From: an uncultured Chitinophaga sp. | GTDB lineage: Bacteria > Bacteroidota > Bacteroidia > 2-12-FULL-35-15 | Direction of reading: 5' to 3' | Length of the DNA: 49,681 nucleotides | Assembly: GCA_964456225.1 (NCBI GenBank) | Contig: CAYWAV010000006.1 | Coordinates: 5,030 to 54,710, forward strand | Part shown: one piece after another, positions 17,117-26,528 of the stretch | Position numbering within the stretch: position 1 is the stretch's first letter | Layout of the letters: the number at the start of each line of letters is the position of its first letter | Notes under the pieces: model-generated | What the model was told of the DNA's origin: nothing | Databases searched by the model: none | Seen by the model: the letters and a program-made list of their open reading frames with translations, nothing else | Made by a program: the position numbers and the translations under genes

Positions 17117-18703
17117 CTAACACTTCAATCCTGCAATTACTTTTTTTGCTTGTGCATTGGCAGGATCAAGTTCTAATACCTTTTGAAAATTCAATTTAGT
17201 ATTTGGACAATCGTTTAGTTTTGCATAATAAACGCCTAAATAATTGTAGGCTTCTGCTAAATCTTTTTTATTTTTTTCAATATCCTCTGGCTTTGTTATT
17301 TTGCTAATAAATTCTTCGTAATATTTTTTAGCTGCCCAAGTTTCATTTTTAGGATCTAATTGAGAGTTTGCTTTTGCTCTCCATAGGTATCCATAGTGTA
17401 AATCGGGTTGTGCTTGAATCATCTGTGATGCGGCTGAATCAGCATTCACAAAATCTTTCGAATAATAATATGCGCGCATCAATCCGAAATAATCATTGAT
17501 TCCACCTTTCTCCTTCTCCATTCTAACCTTATATGCTGCAATGGCCTCAGGATATTTTTTCATTTTAATGTATGAGCCTGCAATGTCACCATTCAATTCT
17601 ACCTTATCAGGTTGTAGCTCCAGTGCTTTTTTGAAATCCAAAATTGCCAATGAATCTTTTCCGCTTTTAGAAAGCAGTTTCGCACGGTATTCATAATCCA
17701 AAACAATTATTTTATCCACAGGAGCTTTTGAGAAAAACAGGTTGCTGCTTTCTAAACCTGCAGCATAATCAGCTGTTTCGTATTGGGAATAAGCTAAATA
17801 TCTGTATAAATAAACATTGTTGGGGTCGCATTTTAGAGCTTCTTTCGCATCTGCTACCGCTTCTTTATAAAATCTTGATTCTAGTGCAAATCCGGCAGAA
17901 CGAGCACGAGCACCACAATCATTATTTAATTGTATGTATTTTTGCATTTGGCTATATGCAACTTTATCTTGTCCTGCTCTGTGATAAATTTCAGCCATTT
18001 CACGGTATGCAGGAGCATATGTAGAATCGATTAATTTTGCTTTTTTATAGGTGTCAATCGCCAAGCTATAGTTTTTAGCACGGTTCCAAACTTGTCCTTG
18101 TTTCAACAAAGCTTTTGCTGATTTAGGGTCTAAAGCTCCTGCCTTTTCATAATTTGTAATTGCTTCTGTTCCTTTATTTTGCTCTAAAAAAGCATCGCCA
18201 GTTAAAATAAATCCTTCCGGATTTTTCGGCTCCAGCTTTGTAGCCTTTGCTAACAAGGTAAATGCATCGGGTAGATTTTTTGTTGGAGCAGCAATATATG
18301 CTTCTGCAATTTTCATAAAAACAGTTGCGTTTTTTTCTGCACCTAATGTTGTTGCTTTAAAAAAGTTTGCTTTTGCATCTGCTGTTTGGTTTTTATACCA
18401 TTGCACTTTCCCTAAACCTACATAAGGTAAAGGATTGGTTGGATTCACCTCAGCACCTTTTTGATACATGGTGTTAGCCATTTCTAGGTTTTCATTTTTA
18501 AAATAGTTTTCACCATAATAAAAATAATAATCCCCATTGTTTGGTTGACTTTGAATCAATCCTTTATAAGCAGCATCCGCAGACTCAAATTGTTCGTTTC
18601 TGGTTAATTTAATTGCATCACTTAATGTTTGCGCAAACATGGTTGAAGAAGCAACCATAAACAACCCCACTACTAATTTCGACTTTTTAATCTGGTTTTT
18701 CAT
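17117..18703 (-). CDS. Exported tetratricopeptide repeat protein
   Basis: Signal peptide, many TPR motifs (ALELQPD, VLELDPAN). Confidence 0.92.
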   Translation of the reverse strand: MKNQIKKSKLVVGLFMVASSTMFAQTLSDAIKLTRNEQFESADAAYKGLIQSQPNNGDYYFYYGENYFKNENLEMANTMYQKGAEVNPTNPLPYVGLGKVQWYKNQTADAKANFFKATTLGAEKNATVFMKIAEAYIAAPTKNLPDAFTLLAKATKLEPKNPEGFILTGDAFLEQNKGTEAITNYEKAGALDPKSAKALLKQGQVWNRAKNYSLAIDTYKKAKLIDSTYAPAYREMAEIYHRAGQDKVAYSQMQKYIQLNNDCGARARSAGFALESRFYKEAVADAKEALKCDPNNVYLYRYLAYSQYETADYAAGLESSNLFFSKAPVDKIIVLDYEYRAKLLSKSGKDSLAILDFKKALELQPDKVELNGDIAGSYIKMKKYPEAIAAYKVRMEKEKGGINDYFGLMRAYYYSKDFVNADSAASQMIQAQPDLHYGYLWRAKANSQLDPKNETWAAKKYYEEFISKITKPEDIEKNKKDLAEAYNYLGVYYAKLNDCPNTKLNFQKVLELDPANAQAKKVIAGLKC

Positions 18704-18797
18704 GTTTTTTATTTTTTGTCAGATTGAACAACCATATATTATCCTGTATTTAAATTAAAGGATATGGTTGTTTCATAATTCTTTAATTTTCAATTAA

Positions 18798-19739
18798 TTA
18801 TTCCATATTAACTTTTACTAATCTAATCGGAGCAATTGCTGGAATGAGTCCTGATTTTAAAATCATTAATTGCCCCTTGTCTCCTGCTACAAATGATACA
18901 AATCCCATACCAAGTCCGGCACGTGTTTGTCTATTTATCATGTAAACGCTTCTTGTAAAAGGATATTCCTTTGTTTTAATGTAGGCCTGGTAGGCTTTTA
19001 AAGGCTCTGAGGCTGTGTCTTTTGCAATTGCCACTACTCTTACCTTTTTAAGCGTATTTGTTGTTAAAGAGTCGTCTATGTCGCTAATCCAGTTTACACT
19101 GAGCACACCTATTGCATTTTTATGTGTACTCACATATTCAATTACTTCAGGGTTTGATTTAACAGCAAATACATTGCTTGAAAAATCTTTTCCTTGCAAA
19201 AGTGTGTCTCTCATATAACGTGCGTTTGCTGAGCCTGCATTATCAAAAACCACCTTGATTCCTTCTAGTTTTGAATTTTTGTTCAATTGACTCCAAAGTG
19301 AATCGTTTCCTAATAAAATCGATTTTACTTGGTCTACAGTCAGTATTGTATCCATGTTTTCCGGATTTACAAGCAACACAATCGCATCTTCTGCTATTTT
19401 AGTTGAAATAGGGAATAGGTTTTTTGCTTCAAACGATTTGCGTTCTGCAGCAGTAATGTCTCGACACATCACTACCACTTTGCAAGAGTCGTTAATCATG
19501 CGGCCTAGGGCTTCATTCTCTGGGAGATAAGCTACATTTATTTGGGCGTTTTTGTAAATTGAATGAAAGGTATATATCTGATTATCGAAAAGTTTTTGAA
19601 ACGATTCGTCTACCACAATGCTTACTTCCCCTGAAGTAGCAGTATCTGTCGGCTCTGGTTTTGAATCTCCCGAGCAAGAATAAAACAATGTTCCGGCAAC
19701 GACAACACTTCCTACTATGATGTTTTGTATTTTAAACAT
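18798..19739 (-). CDS. PstS-like substrate-binding lipoprotein
   Basis: Lipobox FYSC, SGEVSIVVDESF, IAEDAIVLLVN, YPFTRSVY. Confidence 0.9.
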   Translation of the reverse strand: MFKIQNIIVGSVVVAGTLFYSCSGDSKPEPTDTATSGEVSIVVDESFQKLFDNQIYTFHSIYKNAQINVAYLPENEALGRMINDSCKVVVMCRDITAAERKSFEAKNLFPISTKIAEDAIVLLVNPENMDTILTVDQVKSILLGNDSLWSQLNKNSKLEGIKVVFDNAGSANARYMRDTLLQGKDFSSNVFAVKSNPEVIEYVSTHKNAIGVLSVNWISDIDDSLTTNTLKKVRVVAIAKDTASEPLKAYQAYIKTKEYPFTRSVYMINRQTRAGLGMGFVSFVAGDKGQLMILKSGLIPAIAPIRLVKVNME

Positions 19740-20015
19740 TTATACTTCCTCCGTTTTAGTTTCCTTTTGTACTTCTTTGTTTGCTTTAATCCTGAATAGT
19801 TTATTGATATATCTGCGATAAGCGATATAAAAACGCAAGGCACCAAACAAAATCAAAACAATTCCTATCACACTTCTCCCTTTCGGCAACAGGTCTATCC
19901 ATGTATCGGTAAATAGAAACATAATACCAATGGTTAGGTAGAAAGCAAAAAGCAAAAAACTAAGGTAAAACCTTAGTCTGTTCCATGAATATTTTATTTT
20001 TATTTTAAAACTCAT
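19740..20015 (-). CDS. Small two-TM membrane protein
   Basis: FYLTIG.MFLFTD...IGIVLILFGALR. Confidence 0.8.
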   Translation of the reverse strand: MSFKIKIKYSWNRLRFYLSFLLFAFYLTIGIMFLFTDTWIDLLPKGRSVIGIVLILFGALRFYIAYRRYINKLFRIKANKEVQKETKTEEV

Positions 20016-20208
20016 TCTTCTGTTCTTTCTTGTGTTTCCAAATAATTAATCCTGTTCTTATAACTGAATAGATGAGCATTGTAATTCCGAGTTCTTGTCG
20101 GTAGTTCGGAAAGGAATTAATTCCGATATCGGTAAAAAAAAACAGCAATCCTAAACCCAGATAAACGGCTATCATAAAAAAGTTTGAATAATAGCGCATT
20201 TTATTCAC
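20005..20208 (-). CDS. Small two-TM membrane protein, paralog of its neighbour
   Basis: VYLGLG.LFFFTD...LGITMLIYSVIR. Confidence 0.75.
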   Translation of the reverse strand: MNKMRYYSNFFMIAVYLGLGLLFFFTDIGINSFPNYRQELGITMLIYSVIRTGLIIWKHKKEQKNEF

Positions 20209-20257
20209 GGGCGAATTGCTGTTTTAAAATTCTATTTCTTAAAAGCAAAAAAATGCT

Positions 20258-21082
20258 TTAGTTCAATTTAAATTTAATTGGCATGTTAAACTGTACACGA
20301 ACTTCGCGACCGTTTTGTTTACCAACTTTCCAATGCGGCATTTTTTTAGTAACTGCAAGAGCAAGCTTATCATAGCCTGGTCCGCCCGGAACACCTCTCA
20401 ACAGCTTCACATCGGTGATGCTACCATCTTTTTCAACAACAAATGTTAAGTATACGGTACCTTGAACTCCGCCTTCTTTTTCCATTTGTGGGTAACCCAC
20501 TTTTTCAATTTCTTTTGCAATCCATTTAGCACGAGCTTCTTCACCACCTATAAATTCAGGCATTTGCTCAACAATTGTAAGCGGTGTTTCTATAACTGGT
20601 TCTACAACATTATTACCTGTTCCTTCATCCGGAATAATAATTTCATCCCCTGTTCCTTCTACTGTTTCTGTACTAATTTGTGGCGTTTCCTCGGTTTGAA
20701 CTGGAGGCGGCTCCTCTACAACTTCTTCATCAGTAACAACCGGAGGCGTGAACTTTACAGTTTCCATTACCGGTGGTGGCGGTGGTGGTGGTGGTGGTGG
20801 TTCTGCTTCATCAATTGGTGGAGGCGCTGTAAGGTCAAGTGGACTAATGTCTACATTCACTTCAACCTCTTCCATTTTATTGTTTATCCAATCGATGATT
20901 GCGGGTAAGCTCACCATGAAAATAAATGAAGCACCTGTAATCAACAATGCAATAGCAACACTACGATTGTGATTTTTACGAAGATCATACGCGCCATATT
21001 CTTTATTGCGATCTTCGAAAACAATGTCGTTCCGCACAGGGGCAACAACACTGTCCCATTTATTAAATAATGATTCTGCCAT
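20258..21082 (-). CDS. tonB: Energy transducer TonB
   Basis: VFEDRNKEYGAY.LR, TM, polyproline, VEQMPEF.GG, GKQNGREVRV. Confidence 0.95.
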   Translation of the reverse strand: MAESLFNKWDSVVAPVRNDIVFEDRNKEYGAYDLRKNHNRSVAIALLITGASFIFMVSLPAIIDWINNKMEEVEVNVDISPLDLTAPPPIDEAEPPPPPPPPPPVMETVKFTPPVVTDEEVVEEPPPVQTEETPQISTETVEGTGDEIIIPDEGTGNNVVEPVIETPLTIVEQMPEFIGGEEARAKWIAKEIEKVGYPQMEKEGGVQGTVYLTFVVEKDGSITDVKLLRGVPGGPGYDKLALAVTKKMPHWKVGKQNGREVRVQFNMPIKFKLN

Positions 21083-21090
21083 TTTTCTAA

Positions 21091-21750
21091 TTATTTAGAA
21101 GTTGCTTGTAATAATTCCAATTCTTTTGCGCCCATATCAATGATTGCATATATACCCACATTGCAAATATTCAACTCATCTACTACATCTATCACATTTT
21201 TATAGACAGCACCGTCATCCGCTTTAATCAAAACAGTTAATCCCGCTTCAATACCTCTGGCAACATCTTGCTTTCTGCCTTTTTCAAGTCTAACTAGGCG
21301 CTTAAATGTTGTATCTGCAATTTCTTTTTTCTTTAATTGATCTGTTAGTTTTGCAATCACATCAATTGTGCGTTTATTTCTATCCAGTAAAAGTTTGTGT
21401 AATCCTTCGTCTGAAAAATCTGTTTTTGTTAGAGTTGTAGGTGGCACTCCTTTTTCGTTTCCTACAGGATAAAACTCCCCATTGTAATAATAAATACCAT
21501 TATCTTTTGTTAAAAAAACGGTGATTGCATTATTTACTTTCTGTGGTTTGAAATCAATAGGCGGTTTTGCAGGAAAATTGATTTCCATTGTTTTCGGTTT
21601 TGCAAACGTGGACGTTAATACGAAAAACGTAAGAAGCAAAAAGGCCAAATCCACCATTGGCGTCATATCTATTCGGGTTGATGATTTTTTGGCGCGTTTC
21701 TTTGCGTGTTTTCCACCCCCTCCGCCATCACCTGTATTTACATCTGCCAT
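21091..21750 (-). CDS. exbD: ExbD/TolR biopolymer transporter
   Basis: IDMTPMVDLAFLLLTFF; VLIKADD.AVY. Confidence 0.93.
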   Translation of the reverse strand: MADVNTGDGGGGGKHAKKRAKKSSTRIDMTPMVDLAFLLLTFFVLTSTFAKPKTMEINFPAKPPIDFKPQKVNNAITVFLTKDNGIYYYNGEFYPVGNEKGVPPTTLTKTDFSDEGLHKLLLDRNKRTIDVIAKLTDQLKKKEIADTTFKRLVRLEKGRKQDVARGIEAGLTVLIKADDGAVYKNVIDVVDELNICNVGIYAIIDMGAKELELLQATSK

Positions 21751-21831
21751 TTTATTTTTTTTAAATGTTATAAATCAATGGAATTATTCTTAAGATGCTA
21801 TCGAAAGAAAAATTCCATAATTATTATTAAT

Positions 21832-22494
21832 TTATTCTTCTGCCGGCCCTTCTTCAAGGTCGGTAATCAGATTAAAACTATAAATCTCCATATCGGTAAA
21901 CACTTTTATGATGTCTTTTACCGCGATGTAATTTGTTTTTGCATCTGCTTTTATTGCAAAACGTAAGGGCTCGTATTTAAATTCTCTGCCCAATGTTTCT
22001 GCTCTTTCTCTTTCTGCTTTTGCTTGTCGTGCTGCTTCAATCTGTCCGAAACGAATCCAGTCGCCCAATTCATTATGAAGTGAGTCGTAAGGAATTCCGG
22101 GAGATTTTGCTTTAACACGGTCAGCATCTTCCATGTTGATGTATTTCTTTAAGCTTGCCATCGGCACGCCAATGCTCGTCATACCACTGAATGTTTCAAT
22201 CTCTTGTTGAGTGAACTCAATTTTATATTGTTGAGCCATTTTTTGCAAGGTTTTTTTACGGACATCACCATTGTTGATGTTGTAAAAAGGTTTTCCTGCT
22301 TGGTCAATAGAGATTAACACTACATTTTTGGGTAATAACTTATCGGCTGTAGAAGATGGTGTATCCACTACTACCGGTTCGGAAACACGAGAAGTAGCGG
22401 TAAGCATAAAGAAAGTAACCAAAAGGAACGCCAAATCTACCATTGGAGTCATGTCCAACGATGGGCTGCCTTTAGATGATGATACTTCTGCCAT
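21832..22494 (-). CDS. exbD: ExbD/TolR biopolymer transporter
   Basis: LDMTPMVDLAFLLVTFFML; IKADAKTNY. Confidence 0.93.
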   Translation of the reverse strand: MAEVSSSKGSPSLDMTPMVDLAFLLVTFFMLTATSRVSEPVVVDTPSSTADKLLPKNVVLISIDQAGKPFYNINNGDVRKKTLQKMAQQYKIEFTQQEIETFSGMTSIGVPMASLKKYINMEDADRVKAKSPGIPYDSLHNELGDWIRFGQIEAARQAKAERERAETLGREFKYEPLRFAIKADAKTNYIAVKDIIKVFTDMEIYSFNLITDLEEGPAEE

Positions 22495-22532
22495 ATTTTT
22501 AAAAATTATTTAATATAATTAATCAGCGAAAC

Positions 22533-23330
22533 TTATTTAGACAATTTCAATGTGTGTAAGATGCTGTATCCTGCTTCATCCATACTGTGAGTAATTGCAT
22601 CCACTCGACTAGAAAAATAGTTGTACATAATGATTCCGACAACTGATCCAGTGATACCAAGAGCAGTATTAATTAATGCCTCAGAAATACCAGTTGCAAG
22701 AGCAGCTGTATCAGGAGAGCCTGCAGCAGACATCGCAGCAAATGAACGAATCATCCCCAATACCGTTCCAATCAAACCCCAAAGTGTAGCGATGGTAGCA
22801 CATGTAGTGATGATGGATAAATTTTTAGATAACATTGGTAATTCCAAAGATGTTGCTTCTTCCAATTCTTTTTGAACGGCTTCGATTTTTTCTTCACTAT
22901 TCAAAGAACTTTCTCCTTGAACTGATTGAAGTTTTTCAATCCCCGAACGAACAACATTCGCAAGTGAGCCTTTTTGTTTATCACACGCAGCAATAGCATC
23001 TTCGTATTGGTTACTCGCCAATAACGACTTGATGTTACGCAAAAACTCATCTGTTTTTCCTGTCCCTTTTGCTTTCCCAATAGTAATTAATCTTTCTACA
23101 GAGAAAGTAACGATAATAATAAAGATGGCCATAAGGATTGGTACGATAAACCCTCCATCATGCATCATTCCAAGGTAATTTCCTTGTTTTGCGTGTCCTT
23201 CTGCATCAAAATTTCCGGGAGCTCCCAGAACAAACGCATAAATTAATATTCCGATACCAATTGAAACGACAATTGCTAAAAGTGCGGTCATGAAGTTAAA
23301 CCCGCCAGATGTTGATTTTTGATTACTCAT
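22533..23330 (-). CDS. exbB: MotA/TolQ/ExbB proton channel
   Basis: GLIGTVLGMIRSF, GISEALINTALG. Confidence 0.95.
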   Translation of the reverse strand: MSNQKSTSGGFNFMTALLAIVVSIGIGILIYAFVLGAPGNFDAEGHAKQGNYLGMMHDGGFIVPILMAIFIIIVTFSVERLITIGKAKGTGKTDEFLRNIKSLLASNQYEDAIAACDKQKGSLANVVRSGIEKLQSVQGESSLNSEEKIEAVQKELEEATSLELPMLSKNLSIITTCATIATLWGLIGTVLGMIRSFAAMSAAGSPDTAALATGISEALINTALGITGSVVGIIMYNYFSSRVDAITHSMDEAGYSILHTLKLSK

Positions 23331-23602
23331 ATTTGTTAGATTTTGGTTTGTTTTATTATTTAGTTTTTAATACATGCAAAATTGTGAAAATATATCTTTT
23401 TTTTCTATTAAACGTTTCTTTAATAGGGCACCAAACATACTAAATCTATTTCGAAAGTAAAAATTTTTCATACGTTAATAAATGATTAATAATCTTATTA
23501 GTAAAGCCAACTTATAACCACGAATTACTATAAAAGATTGTAACGAGAATACACCCTTTATTAAATGGTTGGATTTCAGCTTTAATAGGTGGGTTTTGTT
23601 AT

Positions 23603-24250
23603 TTAGTGGCTGTTGCGAGATTGTCTCTTGTTTTTTGCTTTCGTTTGCACGAAAAGAGTGGCTACTGTTATGATTATCAGACCCATAATGATGTATCCTA
23701 TGTTGTTGAACACCCAAGGATCGGATCCGAAGTAATAGCCTATTCCCGCCAGAGAACCCACCCAGATAATGGCTCCAATAACATTATGAACCATGTATTT
23801 TTTATAATCCATCTGTATCATTCCGCCAATTACAGGTGCAAAATTGCGAATAAGTGGGAGAAAACGCCCTACTATCAATATTTTTCCACCATGTTGATCA
23901 TAAAGATTTATCGTACGATCTATCCACCATTTTTTGAATATGAAGATCTTAGTATCCGGTTTCATGCATCTTGGCCCCATCGTTTTAAAGCCAAACCAAT
24001 AGCCAATGTAATAGCCAACCATGGCAGCAATGGAAAGCAAAACAATCAAGACAAGAAGGTTGACGCCCAATATTTCGGGCTTGGAATAGCAAAGAATACC
24101 TGCCATAAAGATGAGGGAGTTTCCTGGCAGGAAAAAACCCGCAAGGAAAGAACACTCAGCAAAAACAATAAAGATAAGGAAAGCCAGACTGCCCCAATGA
24201 ATAATGTATTGAGCGTCACTAAAATTCCTGATAAATTGTATTACTTCCAT
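23603..24250 (-). CDS. DedA/VTT-domain membrane protein (divergent paralog)
   Basis: FAECS...FLPGNSL, GRFLPLIR. Confidence 0.9.
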   Translation of the reverse strand: MEVIQFIRNFSDAQYIIHWGSLAFLIFIVFAECSFLAGFFLPGNSLIFMAGILCYSKPEILGVNLLVLIVLLSIAAMVGYYIGYWFGFKTMGPRCMKPDTKIFIFKKWWIDRTINLYDQHGGKILIVGRFLPLIRNFAPVIGGMIQMDYKKYMVHNVIGAIIWVGSLAGIGYYFGSDPWVFNNIGYIIMGLIIITVATLFVQTKAKNKRQSRNSH

Positions 24251-24319
24251 TCGGGGTGCAAAATTTTTGCAAACCTACGAATATGTTTTGTAAGAATGTT
24301 ACACCTTATTTTTGGATTG

Positions 24320-24946
24320 TTACATCTTTTTTTGTTTTCTTTCCCCAAGAAAAGTAGTAATTACGGGAATCGAAGTAATAATAATTAATCCGATTACAAT
24401 GTATCCAATGTTTTTTTGCACCCATTCATATGTTCCCAAAAAATATCCAACGCTACACAATGTTCCAATCCAAGCAAGCGCTCCAACAACATTGTATAGC
24501 ATAAATTTTTTAAAATCGATTTTTACAACCCCTGCTAAAATGGGAGCAAAGGTGCGGATGATGGGCAAAAAGCGACCTATGATCAATGTTTTCCCACCGT
24601 TTTTATTATAAAACTCCTGGGTGATTGTCAGGTATTTTTTCTTGAAGATGAACGAATCTTTCCGTTCGAACAATGGCGGACCAACTTTATAACCGAACCA
24701 GTAACCAACAATGTTTCCAAGTATTGCAGCGGCACACAATAATAAAATCAAAATAGGTAAATTCACCCCAAGCAGCTCAGGTTTAGAAACACAGATCATT
24801 CCTGAGATAAAAATAAGTGAATCACCTGGAAGAAAAAATCCAATTAGAAGTCCTGTTTCGGCAAATACTACAAAAAGTAAAAGCGCCAAACCACCATAAG
24901 CTATAATGGATTGAGGGTCGGTGAGTTGTTTTAGAAATTCAATCAT
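24320..24946 (-). CDS. dedA: DedA/VTT-domain membrane protein
   Basis: FAETGL..GFFLPGDSL, GRFLPIIRTFAP; the ORF-track extension MGRAREGY lies inside a repeat hairpin, so ATG 24946. Confidence 0.93.
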   Translation of the reverse strand: MIEFLKQLTDPQSIIAYGGLALLLFVVFAETGLLIGFFLPGDSLIFISGMICVSKPELLGVNLPILILLLCAAAILGNIVGYWFGYKVGPPLFERKDSFIFKKKYLTITQEFYNKNGGKTLIIGRFLPIIRTFAPILAGVVKIDFKKFMLYNVVGALAWIGTLCSVGYFLGTYEWVQKNIGYIVIGLIIITSIPVITTFLGERKQKKM

Positions 24947-25106
24947 ATACCCCTCCCTAGCCCTCCCCAAAAGGAGAGGGAACTGATACTGCTGGTTATT
25001 AATATTAGTTTATTCATCTATAAAGAGAAATTAAATTTTATTCTCCCCAGCCCTCTCCAATTGGAGAGGGAGCTGATACTGCTAATATAATAATAGAGTT
25101 ATTCAT
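24943..25106 (-). repeat. Two tandem miniORF-plus-hairpin units (~90-bp period)
   Basis: CCCTC(C/T)CC-N4-GGAGAGGG-A(A/G)CTGATACTGCT in both; ORFs 25106-25038 and 25017-24943. Confidence 0.8.
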
Positions 25107-25115
25107 TCGAATTTT

Positions 25116-26363
25116 CTAATCTAGTTTTACTTTATCCATATTTGAATCGTGGGGCAGATGTAATTCACCTTCCCACTTGGAGATAACAGCTGTTGCTACT
25201 GCATTTCCGACAACATTTGTTGCAGAGCGCCCCATGTCTAAAATTTGGTCTATGCCGAGTAACAATAATAATCCGGCAACGGGGATATTAAAGTGTGCGA
25301 GCATTCCGGCAATTACAACCAGGGATGCGCGCGGGATTCCCGCCATTCCTTTACTTGTAACTAATAAAATTAATAACATGGTTACTTGTTGCCCAACGGT
25401 CATTTCAATACCATAAGCTTGCGCGATAAACACGGTTGCAAATGTCATGTACATCATGGAACCATCCAAATTAAAGGAGTATCCGAGTGGCAATACAAAA
25501 CTTACGATTCGGTTTCCGCAACCAAACCGTTCTAATGATTCTATTGTTTTCGGCATAGCTGCTTCTGAACTTGCTGTGCTGAATGCCAGTAAAATTGGTT
25601 CTTTGATATAGTTTAATAATTTGAAAAAATTAATTTTCATAAAGAAACAAATCAAGAAAAGAATGACAAAGACAAATAAAAACAATCCCAAATAAAATGT
25701 TCCGATCAAATAAACATAACCTGTAAGTACTCCCAATCCTTGTTTTGCGACCACTGCTGCTAATGCACCAAACACTCCAAACGGAGCAAATGCCATTACA
25801 TAATTGGTGACTTTAAACATGATGTGAGAAACAGAATCGAAAAAATCAACGACTACTTTGCCTTTGTTTCCAACAGATGCGGCTGCAATTCCAAAAAACA
25901 AAGCAAAAATTACGATTGGTAAAATTTCGTTTTTTGCCATTACCTCAACTATACTTTCAGGAATGATGTGATTGATAAAGTTTTTTGTGTCAAATCCTTT
26001 TGCTGCCTCAACTCCTGCTACTTCAGCATTTGCAGGAGGTAATTCCAAATGCATTTTTTTCCCGGGAGCAAATACATTCACCAACATTAATCCTAGTAAC
26101 AAAGAAATAATAGCTGCTGTTGTAAAATATAAAAGTGTTTTAATTCCAATTCGTCCGACCGATTTAAAATCGCCAACCTTAGCAACTCCAACTACTAAGA
26201 CAGAGAATACTAGAGGTGCGATGATCATTTTTATGAACCGCATAAAAATATCGCTAAGGATGTGCAAGCTTGGTGCAAAGTCTTTCCAGAAATATCCTAC
26301 GATGATTCCCAAGAGCATTCCTGCAAATATTTGAAGTATGAGAGATGGTTTTTTTAGTTTCAT
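25116..26363 (-). CDS. Dicarboxylate/amino acid:cation symporter (DAACS; GltP/DctA-like)
   Basis: AFSTASSEAA, PLGYSFNLDG, TSKG.AG.PR, DMGRSATNVVGN. Confidence 0.95.
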   Translation of the reverse strand: MKLKKPSLILQIFAGMLLGIIVGYFWKDFAPSLHILSDIFMRFIKMIIAPLVFSVLVVGVAKVGDFKSVGRIGIKTLLYFTTAAIISLLLGLMLVNVFAPGKKMHLELPPANAEVAGVEAAKGFDTKNFINHIIPESIVEVMAKNEILPIVIFALFFGIAAASVGNKGKVVVDFFDSVSHIMFKVTNYVMAFAPFGVFGALAAVVAKQGLGVLTGYVYLIGTFYLGLFLFVFVILFLICFFMKINFFKLLNYIKEPILLAFSTASSEAAMPKTIESLERFGCGNRIVSFVLPLGYSFNLDGSMMYMTFATVFIAQAYGIEMTVGQQVTMLLILLVTSKGMAGIPRASLVVIAGMLAHFNIPVAGLLLLLGIDQILDMGRSATNVVGNAVATAVISKWEGELHLPHDSNMDKVKLD

Positions 26364-26383
26364 AATGAGCTTTAGAATTTAAC

Positions 26384-26422
26384 CGCAGAGGTCCGCAGAG
26401 ATTTTTCGCAGAGACCACAGAG
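26384..26422. repeat. Cluster of four C(G/A)CAGAG motifs in the symporter 5' leader
   Basis: CGCAGAG at 26384, 26394, 26407; CACAGAG at 26416. Confidence 0.75.
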
Positions 26423-26528
26423 GTTTTTATAAAAACAAATATAGTGCTTGTGGGACAAATATGCGAAAGAAAAAAATCTGCACCTCAATCAATAAGAACG
26501 CAGATCTTTAATGGTAGAAAATTAAATT

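Noticed and set aside
20772-20800. GGT microsatellite as a phase-variation tract
   Set aside because: Encodes the normal TonB polyproline linker; triplet units keep the frame
23606-24388. 260-aa plus-strand ORF
   Set aside because: Antisense shadow of the dedA paralog; no recognisable protein features
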